Shown here: piece after piece, positions 26,808 to 35,422 of the stretch
How the letters are laid out: each line of letters starts with the position of its first letter
Position numbering within the stretch: the first letter of the stretch is position 1
Origin: a virus
Lineage: Duplodnaviria; Caudoviricetes
IMG/VR virus record: IMGVR_UViG_3300042262_000189
Coordinates: 1-47,606 of that record
Direction: 5' to 3' (one strand)
Length of the DNA: 47,606 bases
The notes under the pieces: model-generated
Database searches by the model: none
What the model was told of the DNA's origin: nothing
Seen by the model: the letters and a program-made list of their open reading frames with translations, nothing else
Program-made: the position numbers and the translations under genes

Positions 26808-26966
26808 TTAAATGACGTAGCTGTTGATGATGGCGTCAGCGCTGTCGGCGTCAGTAGCGTTGCGATACAGGTCTTCGACAATTTCGGCCTCGCGGTCAAG
26901 GTCGATGAAATCGATCATGCCGTGATTGAACAGAAAAGTTTTTGCATCGCTGATTGAGTTGAACAT
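26808..26966 (-). CDS. 52-aa acidic protein (not in ORF track)
   Basis: MFNSISDAKTFLFNHGMIDFIDLDREAEIVEDLYRNATDADSADAIINSYVI; GAGGG RBS. Confidence 0.75.
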   Translation of the reverse strand: MFNSISDAKTFLFNHGMIDFIDLDREAEIVEDLYRNATDADSADAIINSYVI

Positions 26967-27026
26967 TTCGAAACCCTCGTTGGTTATCGGTTGGCCAGTT
27001 GCCTTACCGTGAAATTATCTTATCAA

Positions 27027-27084
27027 TTTCCTAGTAATTAGGAAATATCAAAAAGTGCTATTAATTCCTAATAACTAGGAAATT
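27027..27084. promoter_or_regulatory. Twin palindromic operators TTCCTA-N5-TAGGAA
   Basis: 27027-27045 and 27063-27084, upstream of the minus-strand two-gene unit. Confidence 0.75.
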
Positions 27085-27199
27085 AACTTTCAAGCTTACG
27101 GGAATCATCCTCGACGTGCTTTGTTGATAAATCGAGACCGTTAAGCCTGTTTCTATTTCCCCTCATTACTGAGAGGACTCACAGCAATAAGAGGGGCCT

Positions 27200-27595
27200 A
27201 TGTCCGATCCTTTAACTGGTACCGGTCTTATTTTTGGAGGCGGGTTAATTGGTTCAGTCGCTTATGGCGTGATTACTCATACCGATTTTGGTGTGGTGTT
27301 TGGAGCCTTTGGTGGCGCGGTGTTTTATGTGGCAACGACCGCGAACCTGACTCGAGGGAGGCAAGTAGCCTACTTCATGACATCGTTTATTGTCGGTGTT
27401 CTGGCTGCTGGACTATTAGGCTCAAAATTTACTACCTGGACAGGCTATACAGACCGCCCGCTTGATGCGCTCGGTGCAGTGGTGGCATCAGCTATCACTA
27501 TAAAGGTCCTGACTTTCATCAACAGCCAGGACCTGAGCAGCCTGTTCGGATTACTTTCCCGATTTAGGGGAGGAGGTTCGAGTGGTAATAAATGA
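27200..27595 (+). CDS. Holin/antiholin-like membrane protein
   Basis: Multiple TM segments, GVVFGAFGGA; first gene of lysis cassette. Confidence 0.8.
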   Translation: MSDPLTGTGLIFGGGLIGSVAYGVITHTDFGVVFGAFGGAVFYVATTANLTRGRQVAYFMTSFIVGVLAAGLLGSKFTTWTGYTDRPLDALGAVVASAITIKVLTFINSQDLSSLFGLLSRFRGGGSSGNK

Positions 27596-27863
27596 CCCTG
27601 CGGCACTGGCCAATGCTGTTATTTGTGTCGTTATCGTCTGTGCGTTGATGTTTTATCAACGTCGCGATTCCCGGCATCGCCCAGGAATTTCCGTACTTGC
27701 TTACGTGCTTGTGCTGATTTACGCGAGCATTCCTTTCCAGTTTATCTTCGGTCTTTACGTACAGTCCCACTGGCTGGTGGTACTGGCGAACATTCTTATC
27801 TGCGCCGCCGTGCTGTGGGCACGGGGTAACGTGGCGCGCCTAGTCGATACACTGAGGCACTAA
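27582..27863 (+). CDS. Holin
   Basis: Three TMs, RHRP, ARGNVARL; precedes endolysin. Confidence 0.82.
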   Translation: MVINDPAALANAVICVVIVCALMFYQRRDSRHRPGISVLAYVLVLIYASIPFQFIFGLYVQSHWLVVLANILICAAVLWARGNVARLVDTLRH

Positions 27864-28492
27864 TGAATCAATCACAATTTCAGCTGGCGGCTGGTATCAG
27901 CGCCGGGTTAGCTGCGCGCTGGTATCCGCATATCACAGCCGCTATGCAAGAATTCGGCATTACGGCACCGATCGACCAGGCGATGTTTATTGCTCAGGTT
28001 GGCCATGAAAGCGTCGGGTTTAGTCGTTTGATTGAGAGTTTCAACTACAGCGTTACCGGGCTGGCGGGATTTGTGCGCGCCGGGCGACTGACGCAGGACC
28101 AGGCCAATTCCCTCGGCCGCCGGCAGGGTGAGCCGTCGTTACCGCTAGTGCGGCAGCGGGCGATCGCTAATCTGGCCTACAACAAAAGGAACGGTAACAA
28201 AGGGCCTGGTGATGGCTGGCTATATCGTGGGCGCGGTCTTATCCAGATCACCGGCCTGACGAATTACCGGGATTGCGGATCGGGTCTGAAACTCGATCTG
28301 GTGGCCCAGCCTGAACTCCTGGTGCAGGACGAAAACGCGGCACGCAGTGCAGCCTGGTTCTATGCCACTAAGGGCTGCCTGAAATATTCCGGCGACCTGG
28401 TCCGGGTCACCCTGATTATCAACGGCGGGCAGAACGGCATTGATGACCGGCGTGCTCGCTTCCTGAAAGCAAAATCAATACTGGTGGTGTGA
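27863..28492 (+). CDS. Endolysin, glycoside hydrolase family 19
   Basis: AQVGHES, YRGRGLIQITG, INGGQNG. Confidence 0.92.
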   Translation: MNQSQFQLAAGISAGLAARWYPHITAAMQEFGITAPIDQAMFIAQVGHESVGFSRLIESFNYSVTGLAGFVRAGRLTQDQANSLGRRQGEPSLPLVRQRAIANLAYNKRNGNKGPGDGWLYRGRGLIQITGLTNYRDCGSGLKLDLVAQPELLVQDENAARSAAWFYATKGCLKYSGDLVRVTLIINGGQNGIDDRRARFLKAKSILVV

Positions 28493-28493
28493 T

Positions 28494-28730
28494 ATGCAAT
28501 TAATCGAAAACTGGCAATCAGCCTGGAAGATGTGGTCCGTTCGTATTTTGGCCGCGCTGGCCATCGTCGCTACGTCGTGGGCCGCGGTACCGGATAGCGT
28601 CAAAGCGCTCATTCCCGATCAGTATCTGGGTTATGTCGTTGGTTTCGTCTCTGTATGTGCTGCTATCGCCCGCATCATTAAGCAGTTCAGCCTGACAGAC
28701 AGCGGGACCAATATGGATCAGCAGCCATGA
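28494..28730 (+). CDS. Additional 2-TM holin-like protein
   Basis: LIENWQSAWKMWSV...ARIIKQ. Confidence 0.7.
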   Translation: MQLIENWQSAWKMWSVRILAALAIVATSWAAVPDSVKALIPDQYLGYVVGFVSVCAAIARIIKQFSLTDSGTNMDQQP

Positions 28731-29005
28731 CTACGATGGAAATCATTGTAGGGGCGATTGCGACGGTGCTGGCATTGATATTCGGCGCATTTCATCTCGG
28801 CAAAACCCAGGGGAAAAGCGTAGCCGATGCCCAAGCGGAGCAGCAGCGCACCGAAGAGAATGCCACCGCTACCGTCGCCGTGGCCGAACGCCGTGCTGAT
28901 GCAACGAAAGGGGCCAGCGATGTACAGGAAGACGTTAAGCGTATGGGCGATGACGATATTGATCGCGAGCTGCGCGAAAGATTTACCCGCCCCGGTGGTG
29001 GTTGA
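28727..29005 (+). CDS. Inner-membrane spanin (Rz-like)
   Basis: N-terminal TM plus helical periplasmic domain. Confidence 0.8.
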   Translation: MTTMEIIVGAIATVLALIFGAFHLGKTQGKSVADAQAEQQRTEENATATVAVAERRADATKGASDVQEDVKRMGDDDIDRELRERFTRPGGG

Positions 29006-29150
29006 TACCGCGTGCAGCTGGGTGCGGATCATCTACCTGACCGACCACGATATCGACGTGCTGGACAGACAAACGAAGCGCGACATTCTGGCGCACAACA
29101 AATCAGTGCTGGCTAACTGCCCGCAACCAACTGAAAAGGCCACGAAATGA
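28920..29150 (+). CDS. Outer-membrane spanin lipoprotein (Rz1-like)
   Basis: MYRK...LIASC lipobox; overlaps the i-spanin 3' end. Confidence 0.8.
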   Translation: MYRKTLSVWAMTILIASCAKDLPAPVVVDTACSWVRIIYLTDHDIDVLDRQTKRDILAHNKSVLANCPQPTEKATK

Positions 29151-29263
29151 TTGCAACCATAGGAACCATTATCGTTTGGGCGCTCATTGTTATGGGTGCT
29201 GCTGTAGGGTTGTTGTGCGCATTTATCGGGCTTATGTTCCTCATCAACTTTCCTATGAGATAA
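29147..29263 (+). CDS. 38-aa hydrophobic peptide (not in ORF track)
   Basis: MIATIGTIIVWALIVMGAAVGLLCAFIGLMFLINFPMR; ATGA coupled to o-spanin. Confidence 0.55.
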   Translation: MIATIGTIIVWALIVMGAAVGLLCAFIGLMFLINFPMR

Positions 29264-29319
29264 CCCCACTAAGGGATAGTTTCATCGCAATCCCCACAAG
29301 GGGATAACAGAGGTAATAC

Positions 29320-29565
29320 ATGACAGAGCTCACCACCGCAGAACAGCTACGGCTGAATCTTCTTTCCACCCTGAATTACGATACAGCCGCCGCAAAAGAG
29401 GCGATTTTATTCGTTCAGGACAGCCCGCTGAAATATCAGCTTTTCATCCAGCAGTACAGCCGTGTGACAACTGAATCCGAAGTTGTTGCAAAGACTATCA
29501 AAGCGGTTCAAGAGGCGACGGAAGCGCTGGCGCTGTTTGATACCGCTTCCGAGCAGTCCAGCTAA
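29320..29565 (+). CDS. DUF2560-like phage protein
   Basis: EQLRLNLLSTLNYDTAAAKEAI; GAGGT RBS. Confidence 0.7.
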   Translation: MTELTTAEQLRLNLLSTLNYDTAAAKEAILFVQDSPLKYQLFIQQYSRVTTESEVVAKTIKAVQEATEALALFDTASEQSS

Positions 29566-29642
29566 GGCATTACAACAGGCATTCACTGAGTGCCTGTGAT
29601 ATTGCTTTTAGGTACAATCACCTCAAACAAAGTGGGGTGCTC

Positions 29643-30191
29643 ATGAGTCCTGATTATATTTCTTACGAAACACTAATTGCTGCGCGCGAAGCCGCTTACT
29701 GGGCAAAGCTTTCAATGCTTGGCACGTGGTTTTCAGGAATAGCAACTTTTTTAGCTGTTATCACTTCACTATACATAGCCTTAAGGGACAGGATGCCCTT
29801 CATCCGGGGGCGAGTAATATACGGGCGCATTATAACTGAGGATATCGATAAACCAATAATAGGCGTAACTGTTATCAATCGGTCTTTTCACGCGATAAGA
29901 ATAAAATCTGTATGTTGGGATGTCGGGGGAGAACATGAACTGCAACAACTTTTTAGAAACCCAGATTCAGACCCTCTCCCAGTTCGATTAGAGCATGGTG
30001 AAGAAGCTAATTTCCGAATCATCCTTGATGACGATGATGATAATGATTGGCTTAAAAGAATGGCCTTGCGGTTAACAAAGTTAAACTCGCATCCAAATAA
30101 ACTCCGCTGTGTGATCGTACTTTCAACCGGAGAGAGACGCCGATTAAAGGTAGCTAAACGGATAAAAGAAAAAATCCAACAATTTATGTAA
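29643..30191 (+). CDS. Membrane-anchored moron protein of unknown function
   Basis: N-terminal TM (GTWFSGIATFLAVITSLYIA), lower GC, flanked by hairpins. Confidence 0.75.
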   Translation: MSPDYISYETLIAAREAAYWAKLSMLGTWFSGIATFLAVITSLYIALRDRMPFIRGRVIYGRIITEDIDKPIIGVTVINRSFHAIRIKSVCWDVGGEHELQQLFRNPDSDPLPVRLEHGEEANFRIILDDDDDNDWLKRMALRLTKLNSHPNKLRCVIVLSTGERRRLKVAKRIKEKIQQFM

Positions 30192-30202
30192 TTTAGATTA
30201 TT

Positions 30203-30227
30203 AAGGGTCGCTCAGGCGGCCTTTTTT
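30203..30227 (+). terminator. Intrinsic terminator
   Basis: AAGGGTCGC-tcag-GCGGCCTT + T run. Confidence 0.82.
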
Positions 30228-30240
30228 ATTGTGCCTCACA

Positions 30241-30333
30241 CGCGCCCCTCAAAGAGAGTCTTTCAGTAGTGAGCCTAGGTAATCCGTTATCTCTCGGCGG
30301 CTTTACCGTGCGACAGGCTAACGTCTAAAAGGA
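30241..30333 (+). promoter_or_regulatory. Bistable structured 5' leader RNA, copy 2
   Basis: Same helix order as 25019-25123 with different sequence. Confidence 0.6.
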
Positions 30334-30339
30334 AAATCT

Positions 30340-30657
30340 ATGAAATACCAGATTGCGAAACTTTATCGCGGTGATGATTTCCGAGGATACGCCATTGCTG
30401 TTGATGGTCAGTTACTTGATAGGCAGGTATCAACCATTATCAGCACTGAGCCCGGTAGCATCCCAACGGCCACCGTCGTATTTAACCTGGATTGTGATCA
30501 TGCAGAAAACCAAATCATTATTAATTTGGATCGAGATGCCCTAATTCAGGTAAATGGCAGCCCCACAGATTCAGCTGTCGAGGCTATCAAAAAAGCTGCG
30601 GCTGAAGGTGCTAAGCGTGGATATCGTAGTGCGGTTAATAAGCTGCTTAAAGAGTAG
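30340..30657 (+). CDS. 105-aa protein with a tape-measure C-terminus-like segment
   Basis: aa 71-100 match TMP aa 792-821 at 19/30 positions. Confidence 0.8.
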   Translation: MKYQIAKLYRGDDFRGYAIAVDGQLLDRQVSTIISTEPGSIPTATVVFNLDCDHAENQIIINLDRDALIQVNGSPTDSAVEAIKKAAAEGAKRGYRSAVNKLLKE

Positions 30658-30726
30658 GAAGATAAACAGGAATGGTCATTAGTCTGTGATGTGTACGGTC
30701 CATAGAACATCTTAGTAGGTCTCGGA

Positions 30727-31068
30727 ATGAATAAAGAACCACGCATTTACGGAAGCAAATGGGACCGTGAGCGTCTTATATTCCTTCGTGCACATCCCTT
30801 ATGCGTCATGTGCCACGAGCAGGGCAGGGTGACAGCGGCTACGGTGGTTGACCACATCATCCCGCACAAACTGAAAGAGGCTCTGCGATCTGGTGACAAT
30901 CAGGCAATAGCGAAGGCGCAAAAGCTTTTCTGGAGCCGGAAGAACTGGCAAGGGCTGTGTAAGCAGCACCATGACTCCACGAAGCAGCGGATGGAGAAGA
31001 GCGGCACCGTCATAGGATGTGATGAGAGCGGCATACCGCTCGACCCAAACTCGCATTGGTTTAAATGA
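30727..31068 (+). CDS. Terminase-associated HNH endonuclease
   Basis: PLCVMC..VVDHIIPH..NWQGLCKQHH upstream of terS. Confidence 0.92.
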   Translation: MNKEPRIYGSKWDRERLIFLRAHPLCVMCHEQGRVTAATVVDHIIPHKLKEALRSGDNQAIAKAQKLFWSRKNWQGLCKQHHDSTKQRMEKSGTVIGCDESGIPLDPNSHWFK

Positions 31069-31146
31069 TACGAATTCTCATTTTCATTTCTGAAATAGTT
31101 TCAAGTGAAATCATTTCAAATCAAATGATATCAATTCTCATCTACC

Positions 31147-31215
31147 GGGGAGGGCGGGTCTAAAGTCCAGAAGCCTGATCCCAAATGACCGCCGCCCATC
31201 CTTTTTGTACAAAAC
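31147..31215. other. Probable cos region
   Basis: Between HNH and terS; CGCCGCCCAT at 31190-31199 resembles HK97-type 3' cohesive ends (recalled). Confidence 0.5.
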
Positions 31216-31249
31216 CGCGAAATGAAAAGATTTTTTCTGGGAGGTTCCG

Positions 31250-31714
31250 ATGGCAGGACGACGCCCGAAACCGACCCATCTCAAAGTGGTCTCCGGCAAC
31301 CCGGGTAAACGTAAACTCAACGATAAAGAACCGACTCCGGCGCGAGAAATTCCAAGCCCGCCGGCGCACCTGACCGACTGGGGAAAGGTTGCCTGGGGAA
31401 GGTTGACTGTTCTCCTTGACGGGATGGGGGTGCTAACGGTTGCCGACACCTTAGCCCTTGAACGGCTATGCGATATTTACGCTGATATCCTTCAGTTGCG
31501 CGACACCATCGCAGTAGAGGGAAGAACCTATACCGTCCAGACCGAGGGTGGTTTTCTTATCAAAGCTAACCCGGCCGTTTCGATGCTGGCCGATGCCGAC
31601 CGCCGTTTTAAAAGTTACCTGGTTGAATTCGGTCTGACGCCAGCGGCAAGGACGAAGGTGAAAGTGAATGGCGAAGACTCCGAAGAGGACGCGCTCGACA
31701 AGTTCTTCGGTTGA
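31250..31714 (+). CDS. terS: Terminase small subunit (P27 family)
   Basis: GRRPKPT..GNPGKR, ANPAV, FGLTPAAR. Confidence 0.93.
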   Translation: MAGRRPKPTHLKVVSGNPGKRKLNDKEPTPAREIPSPPAHLTDWGKVAWGRLTVLLDGMGVLTVADTLALERLCDIYADILQLRDTIAVEGRTYTVQTEGGFLIKANPAVSMLADADRRFKSYLVEFGLTPAARTKVKVNGEDSEEDALDKFFG

Positions 31715-33404
31715 TCCGGCAACCCAATATGCAATGGATGTAACCTCGGGAAAAGAACTGGCTGGGCCTGACATCCGTAACTCATGCCAGCGCCATCTCA
31801 ACGACCTGAAGTCATGTCACGCTCGTGGTCTGCACTGGGATGTTGAGGCGACGCAACGCTCGATTGATTATTTTGCGAAAGTTCTGAAGCTCAATGGTGG
31901 CGATTTCGAAGGCAAGCCTTTCGTGTTGCTGCCATGGCAGTGCTTCATCGTCGGTTCGATTTATGGCTGGAAAAAAGCCAGCGGTTTTCGCCGGTTCCGA
32001 ATGGCCTATGTGGAGTCCGGGAAGGGATCCGGCAAATCCCCCTTGTCTGCCGGGATAGGGCTTTACTGTCTCACGGCGGATAAAGAGCCTCGTGCTGAAG
32101 TGTATGCTGCGGCCACGAAAAAAGACCAGGCAATGGTTCTCTTCCGTGATGCGGTGGCGATGGTCGATCAGTCTCCGGCTCTTTCCGCGCGCATTCATAA
32201 ATCTGGTGGCGCCGGGAAAGAGTGGAACCTGGCTTTTCTTCAGGCAGGTTCCTTCTTTCGTCCAATCAGTTCTGATGATGGGCAGTCCGGCCCGCGACCA
32301 CATTGCGCTCTTATTGATGAAGTTCACGAGCATAAAAGCAATCAGGTTGTTGAAATGATGCGTGCTGGTACCAAAGGCCGCCGGCAGGCGCTGATTTTCA
32401 TGATCACAAACAGTGGACACGATAAAACCAGCGTCTGCTATGACTATCACGAATACGGTCGAAAGGTTTCTGCCGGTTCGATAGATGATGACAGCTTTTT
32501 TGCCTTCATCTGTTCTCTGGATGAAGGGGACGATCCTTTCAAGGATGAGTCCTGCTGGAAGAAAGCTAACCCTTCGCTGGGTCACACCTTTGAAGAAAGC
32601 TATCTTCGCGAGCAGGTGACTCAGGCCCGCGGGATGCCATCGAAAGAGAGCATCGTCAGACGTCTTAACTTCTGTCAGTGGGTTGACGCGGCTAATCCGT
32701 GGATGAGCAGTGATGTCTGGATGGGTTGTGAGGAAAGCTTTGATCCAGATGAACTGGAAGGCGAGGAATGCTATGGCGGTCTGGACCTGTCCGGATCGCG
32801 TGATTTGACTGCACTGGCGTTGTTTTTTCCAAAACAACGTAAGTTGCTGGTGGAGTTCTGGACCCCGAAAGATACGTTGCTGGAACGGGCGAAAACGGAC
32901 CGGGTACCTTATGACGCCTGGGAGCGCGATGGTCACATCCACACCACACCTGGTAAAGCGGTGAAATACGGCTTTGTTGCCCAGCGCATTGCAGATCTGA
33001 CTCAGAAGTTTGATATCAAGGCCATCGCCTTCGACCAGTATCGTATTAAATACCTTGAGCCGGAGCTAGAGGAGGCATCTGTTTCTGTTCCCTTAATTCC
33101 TCACGGGCAAGGGTATTACAAAGCGAAAGATTCCGGGCTGTGGATGCCTCATTCGATCGAGTTGTTCGAGGAGTTGCTCGATGACAACGTCATTATCATC
33201 AGGACAAACCCTTGCCTTCGCTGGAATGCAGCGTCAGCAGTGACGGAGGCTGATCAGAAAGAAAACCGAATTTTTGCAAAGAAAAAGAGTACAGGACGCA
33301 TCGACGGCATTGTTGCGGGAGCTATGGCGATCGGTGCTTCCGAAGGATATGAGGATGATTCCGGCGATATTGACGACTTTTTCAGTAATCCCATCATAGT
33401 GTGA
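31668..33404 (+). CDS. terL: Terminase large subunit
   Basis: Walker A GKGSGKS, LIDEVHEH, GLDLS, RIDG. Confidence 0.95.
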   Translation: MAKTPKRTRSTSSSVDPATQYAMDVTSGKELAGPDIRNSCQRHLNDLKSCHARGLHWDVEATQRSIDYFAKVLKLNGGDFEGKPFVLLPWQCFIVGSIYGWKKASGFRRFRMAYVESGKGSGKSPLSAGIGLYCLTADKEPRAEVYAAATKKDQAMVLFRDAVAMVDQSPALSARIHKSGGAGKEWNLAFLQAGSFFRPISSDDGQSGPRPHCALIDEVHEHKSNQVVEMMRAGTKGRRQALIFMITNSGHDKTSVCYDYHEYGRKVSAGSIDDDSFFAFICSLDEGDDPFKDESCWKKANPSLGHTFEESYLREQVTQARGMPSKESIVRRLNFCQWVDAANPWMSSDVWMGCEESFDPDELEGEECYGGLDLSGSRDLTALALFFPKQRKLLVEFWTPKDTLLERAKTDRVPYDAWERDGHIHTTPGKAVKYGFVAQRIADLTQKFDIKAIAFDQYRIKYLEPELEEASVSVPLIPHGQGYYKAKDSGLWMPHSIELFEELLDDNVIIIRTNPCLRWNAASAVTEADQKENRIFAKKKSTGRIDGIVAGAMAIGASEGYEDDSGDIDDFFSNPIIV

Positions 33405-33410
33405 GTCACC

Positions 33411-34730
33411 ATGAATAAAGAGAAGAAGCCTGGCCGGATTAAAAGTGCCGTTCGCCGGTGGCTCGGCGTACCCATTTCACTTACTGACGGCGAATTCTGG
33501 GCTGGCTATGCAGGCGGGGAGTCAGCTGCAGGAAAATCCGTTACGGTTGATAAAGCCCTGCAGTTGTCGGCGGTATGGTCATGCGTGAGATTATTATCCG
33601 AAACCATAGCAACGTTGCCTGTTGGTTTTTACGAAAAAACGGCCGATGGTCGCCAGAGTGCAAATGAGCACCCGCTTTATGAGCTCCTCCATAATCAACC
33701 TAATGCTGACATGACCGCAGTAGAGTTCTGGGAAATGATCATGGCCAGCCTGCTTTTATGGGGGAATGCTTACGCGGAAATCGATCGTACCGGAAAGCGT
33801 ATTACCTCGCTGGTGCCTCTTAGGCCAGAAAGGATGAAGGTTGATTTAAGTAACAGCGGAGAGCCCATTTATACCTACCGCGACTGGCCTTCAGGTTTAT
33901 CCCGAAACATTGATGAACGAGACGTCATGCACATCCGTGCCTTCAGCACTAATGGGGTCATGGGACTATCCCCTATTAGTTATGCCCGACAGACGCTTGG
34001 TCTGGCAATGGCAACAGATGAAGCCAGCGCCAAAGTCTTCAAAAACGGTATGCGGCCTAGCGGCGTTCTCTCAATGGATCAGATCCTGAAAAAAGAGCAG
34101 CGCAATGAAGTCCGGGAAAGCATGGTTGAACAATTTTCCGGTTCGATGAATACCGGGAAAATGATGGTTCTTGAGGCGGGCATGAAATTTCAGCCTGTTG
34201 ACCTCAACCCGGAAGATGCCCAAATGCTGCAGTCCAGGGCATTCAATATCGAAGAGATTTGTCGGTGGTTCAGAGTATGGCCGGGGTTGATTGGCCATAG
34301 TGCCCAGGGGCAAACGATGTGGGGGAGTGGAGTTGAACAGATGTTGATCGGCTTTTTAACTTTTTCGCTTCGGCCGTGGCTAACCCGTATAGAACAGGCG
34401 GTTCGTAAAAGTCTCCTGGCTCCGGGAGAAAGGAATAAGTACTTCGCGGAGTTTTCCATCGAAGGTCTCTTACGCGCTGACAGCGCCGCTCGTGCCGCCT
34501 TTTACTCAACGATGACCCAGAACGGTCTGATGACCCGCAATGAAGCACGGCAAAAAGAAAACCTTCAGCCAAAACCGGGCGCTGATCAACTTACCGTTCA
34601 ATCCAACCTGCTGCCGATAGATCAGCTTGGCAAGTCCGGCGACAGTGAATCGGCCAAAAACGCACTGCGGGAATGGCTTGGCATTAAATCAGAGGAGACG
34701 CCGGAATGTACCGGAAAAACGCAGCCATGA
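33411..34730 (+). CDS. Portal protein (HK97 family)
   Basis: AVWSCVRLLS, LLWGNAY, GLSPI, TRNEAR. Confidence 0.95.
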   Translation: MNKEKKPGRIKSAVRRWLGVPISLTDGEFWAGYAGGESAAGKSVTVDKALQLSAVWSCVRLLSETIATLPVGFYEKTADGRQSANEHPLYELLHNQPNADMTAVEFWEMIMASLLLWGNAYAEIDRTGKRITSLVPLRPERMKVDLSNSGEPIYTYRDWPSGLSRNIDERDVMHIRAFSTNGVMGLSPISYARQTLGLAMATDEASAKVFKNGMRPSGVLSMDQILKKEQRNEVRESMVEQFSGSMNTGKMMVLEAGMKFQPVDLNPEDAQMLQSRAFNIEEICRWFRVWPGLIGHSAQGQTMWGSGVEQMLIGFLTFSLRPWLTRIEQAVRKSLLAPGERNKYFAEFSIEGLLRADSAARAAFYSTMTQNGLMTRNEARQKENLQPKPGADQLTVQSNLLPIDQLGKSGDSESAKNALREWLGIKSEETPECTGKTQP

Positions 34731-35413
34731 AAGTAAAGGCATTCGACTTCGATATTAAGGCCGTCAACGATGACGGCCTTTTTTCTGGGTACGGTTCTGT
34801 CTTCGATGTGGTGGATAGCTACAACGAAGTCGTGGCGCCGGGTGCATTCCTCGAAAGCATCGAGGAAACACGTGCGAAGGGGAGAACGTTCCCTGTTCTC
34901 TGGCAGCATCGCACCGGCGAACCCATCGGGAACTGGGATATTTCGACCCTCAAAGAAGATAAGCATGGCCTGTTTGGCGAGGGGGCGTTGTGGCTTGACG
35001 ATGCTGCCTATGCAAAAACAGCCTGGCGGGGCATGAAAACCCGTGCCATTACAGGCCTTTCCATTGGCTATTACGTACGGGAATCTAATTACGATGAGAA
35101 AACCCGGATCCGCACATTAACGAAGCTCGATCTGGTTGAAATCTCCATCGTTACCGTGCCGGCCAACGATGATGCGCGTATTGACGTCATTAAGTCGAAG
35201 CTGTCACACGGTGACCTTCCTTCTTTACCTGAATTTGAGAAGTTCCTGCGAGAGGCAGGTTTCTCAAAAAGTCAGTCCGCTGCGGTCGCCTCCCGCGGGC
35301 TGTCCTATCTGCTTGACCGGAGTGAGTCCGGGGGCGAAGACGGCGAAACCAAAGCGGCTATTGCGGCGATGCGCCAGCAACTGAGCCAGTTTTCTCTCCC
35401 CAAAATTCTCTAA
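34706..35413 (+). CDS. Prohead protease (HK97 family)
   Basis: LWQH, GLSIGY, EISIVTVPAN. Confidence 0.95.
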   Translation: MYRKNAAMKVKAFDFDIKAVNDDGLFSGYGSVFDVVDSYNEVVAPGAFLESIEETRAKGRTFPVLWQHRTGEPIGNWDISTLKEDKHGLFGEGALWLDDAAYAKTAWRGMKTRAITGLSIGYYVRESNYDEKTRIRTLTKLDLVEISIVTVPANDDARIDVIKSKLSHGDLPSLPEFEKFLREAGFSKSQSAAVASRGLSYLLDRSESGGEDGETKAAIAAMRQQLSQFSLPKIL

Positions 35414-35422
35414 GGGATTTAT

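Noticed and set aside
31812-32942. 376-aa minus-strand ORF
   Set aside because: Antisense shadow of terL; no RBS or recognisable motifs.
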